Positions 63,267 through 64,000 of a DNA stretch of 64,000 bases are shown here, one piece after another. The notes under the pieces were generated by a model, which made no database searches, was not told the origin of the DNA, and saw only the letters and a list, made by a program, of their open reading frames with translations. The DNA comes from Hydrolagus colliei. Lineage: Eukaryota. The stretch lies in the NCBI GenBank assembly GCA_035084275.1, contig CM068752.1:992001-1056000 (forward strand), in the 5' to 3' direction. The translations under genes and the position numbers were made by a program. The stretch's first letter is position 1; every line of letters begins with the position of its first letter.

Positions 63267-63590
63267 GTGGAGTCCTGTAGCTCAGCGGTTAGAGCGCTCG
63301 CCTTGCAAGCCTGAGACCTGCGTTCGAATCCAGGCAGGTCAGGGCGAAACCTTGGGCAAGTTTCCTTACTCCACACACGTCTAATAATCCCTCCACAAAA
63401 AAAATTGGGTCATTTTCAATCCACGACTGCTTGTGGGGGACGCTGCTGTGTGCAATTGGCTGCCACGTTTCGCCCACAAATATACATATATTCACTTGAC
63501 AGTATATTCTGTGAAGCGCTTTGAGAAGTCTAGAAGACGCGAAAAAGCGCTATATCAAATGCAAGGATCATTATTATTATTATTTATTAT
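63267..63590 (+). mobile_element. SINE (main family), full length
   Basis: GTGGAGTCCTGTAGCTCAGCGGTTAGAGC head through the tail. Confidence 0.92.
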
Positions 63591-64000
63591 ACTACATCAA
63601 AACCACAATTGCATTGCAGCCTCTAGGAATCGAGCCTCAGATAACGCAAAATAAAATGCGCAATAATGCAGTCTTCCAAACTGATTAGCGGCAATGAGCA
63701 CTATGGTTCATTGCGTTTTATCATTTCCTTCAGCCCTGCACTGATTTAACGGTTCCGAGAATGAATCACAGGCTTCTTAAAATAGTAGCTTGCACGTCAA
63801 GAAACAAGAAATAGTTTCCTGAAGGATAGGCAATATATTGTTACATTGAAACATACGTCAACCCTGCAATATACATTTGATTTGCACGTTGATGTGTAAT
63901 GAACCATTTGATGGAGAAATATCCGTTGCTCAGGGCAGATTGCCATTCTCTGTATCGACGTGGTGGTGGAGCCCGCTGACACTGCAAAAAGGGATTTGGA

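Noticed and set aside
63267-63345. tRNA-Val(TAC)/Ala(TGC)-like genes at SINE heads
   Set aside because: Boxes A and B and an anticodon-like arm exist, but there is no paired acceptor stem and every copy runs into SINE body sequence. These are SINE heads, not tRNA genes.
599-63590. Recurrent ORFs such as [33 protein letters not shown] suggesting a protein family
   Set aside because: They are translations of the SINE body, with inconsistent frames, starts and stops.
599-63590. Regularly recurring repeats as a CRISPR-like array
   Set aside because: The repeats are 100-400 bp, diverged, on both strands and irregularly spaced. There are no cas genes and the context is eukaryotic.

Overview
This is non-coding, repeat-rich vertebrate genomic DNA, not prokaryotic. 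The repeat types (a tRNA-derived SINE with a DeuSINE/SacSINE1-type 3' tail, shark-type CR1 3' ends, L2 3' ends and a Penelope remnant) point to a cartilaginous fish, plausibly a chimaera such as Callorhinchus milii; that assignment is inference. I recognise no host protein-coding gene, rRNA, true tRNA, miRNA or CRISPR array. Most ORFs in the supplied track are translations of repeats or chance ORFs. One ~320-400 bp tRNA-head SINE dominates, with about 20 near-full-length copies and dozens of 3' fragments. Also present are 5'-truncated L2 and CR1 LINE fragments, older DeuSINE relics, one hAT-Charlie-type MITE with an 8-bp TSD, and one Penelope-type inverted element with a 15-bp TSD and a decayed hammerhead core. 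Between the repeats lie unique AT-rich blocks that look like enhancer/CNE sequence from a large intron or gene desert. The most notable observations concern SINE module shuffling: a second SINE family with a different core and tail, a SINE subfamily with an L2-type end, and a tRNA-head::L2 chimera. I found no convincing novel multi-gene system. Boundaries were read by eye and are approximate (about +/-10-20 bp) unless exact motifs are quoted, and family names come from recall, not database searches.
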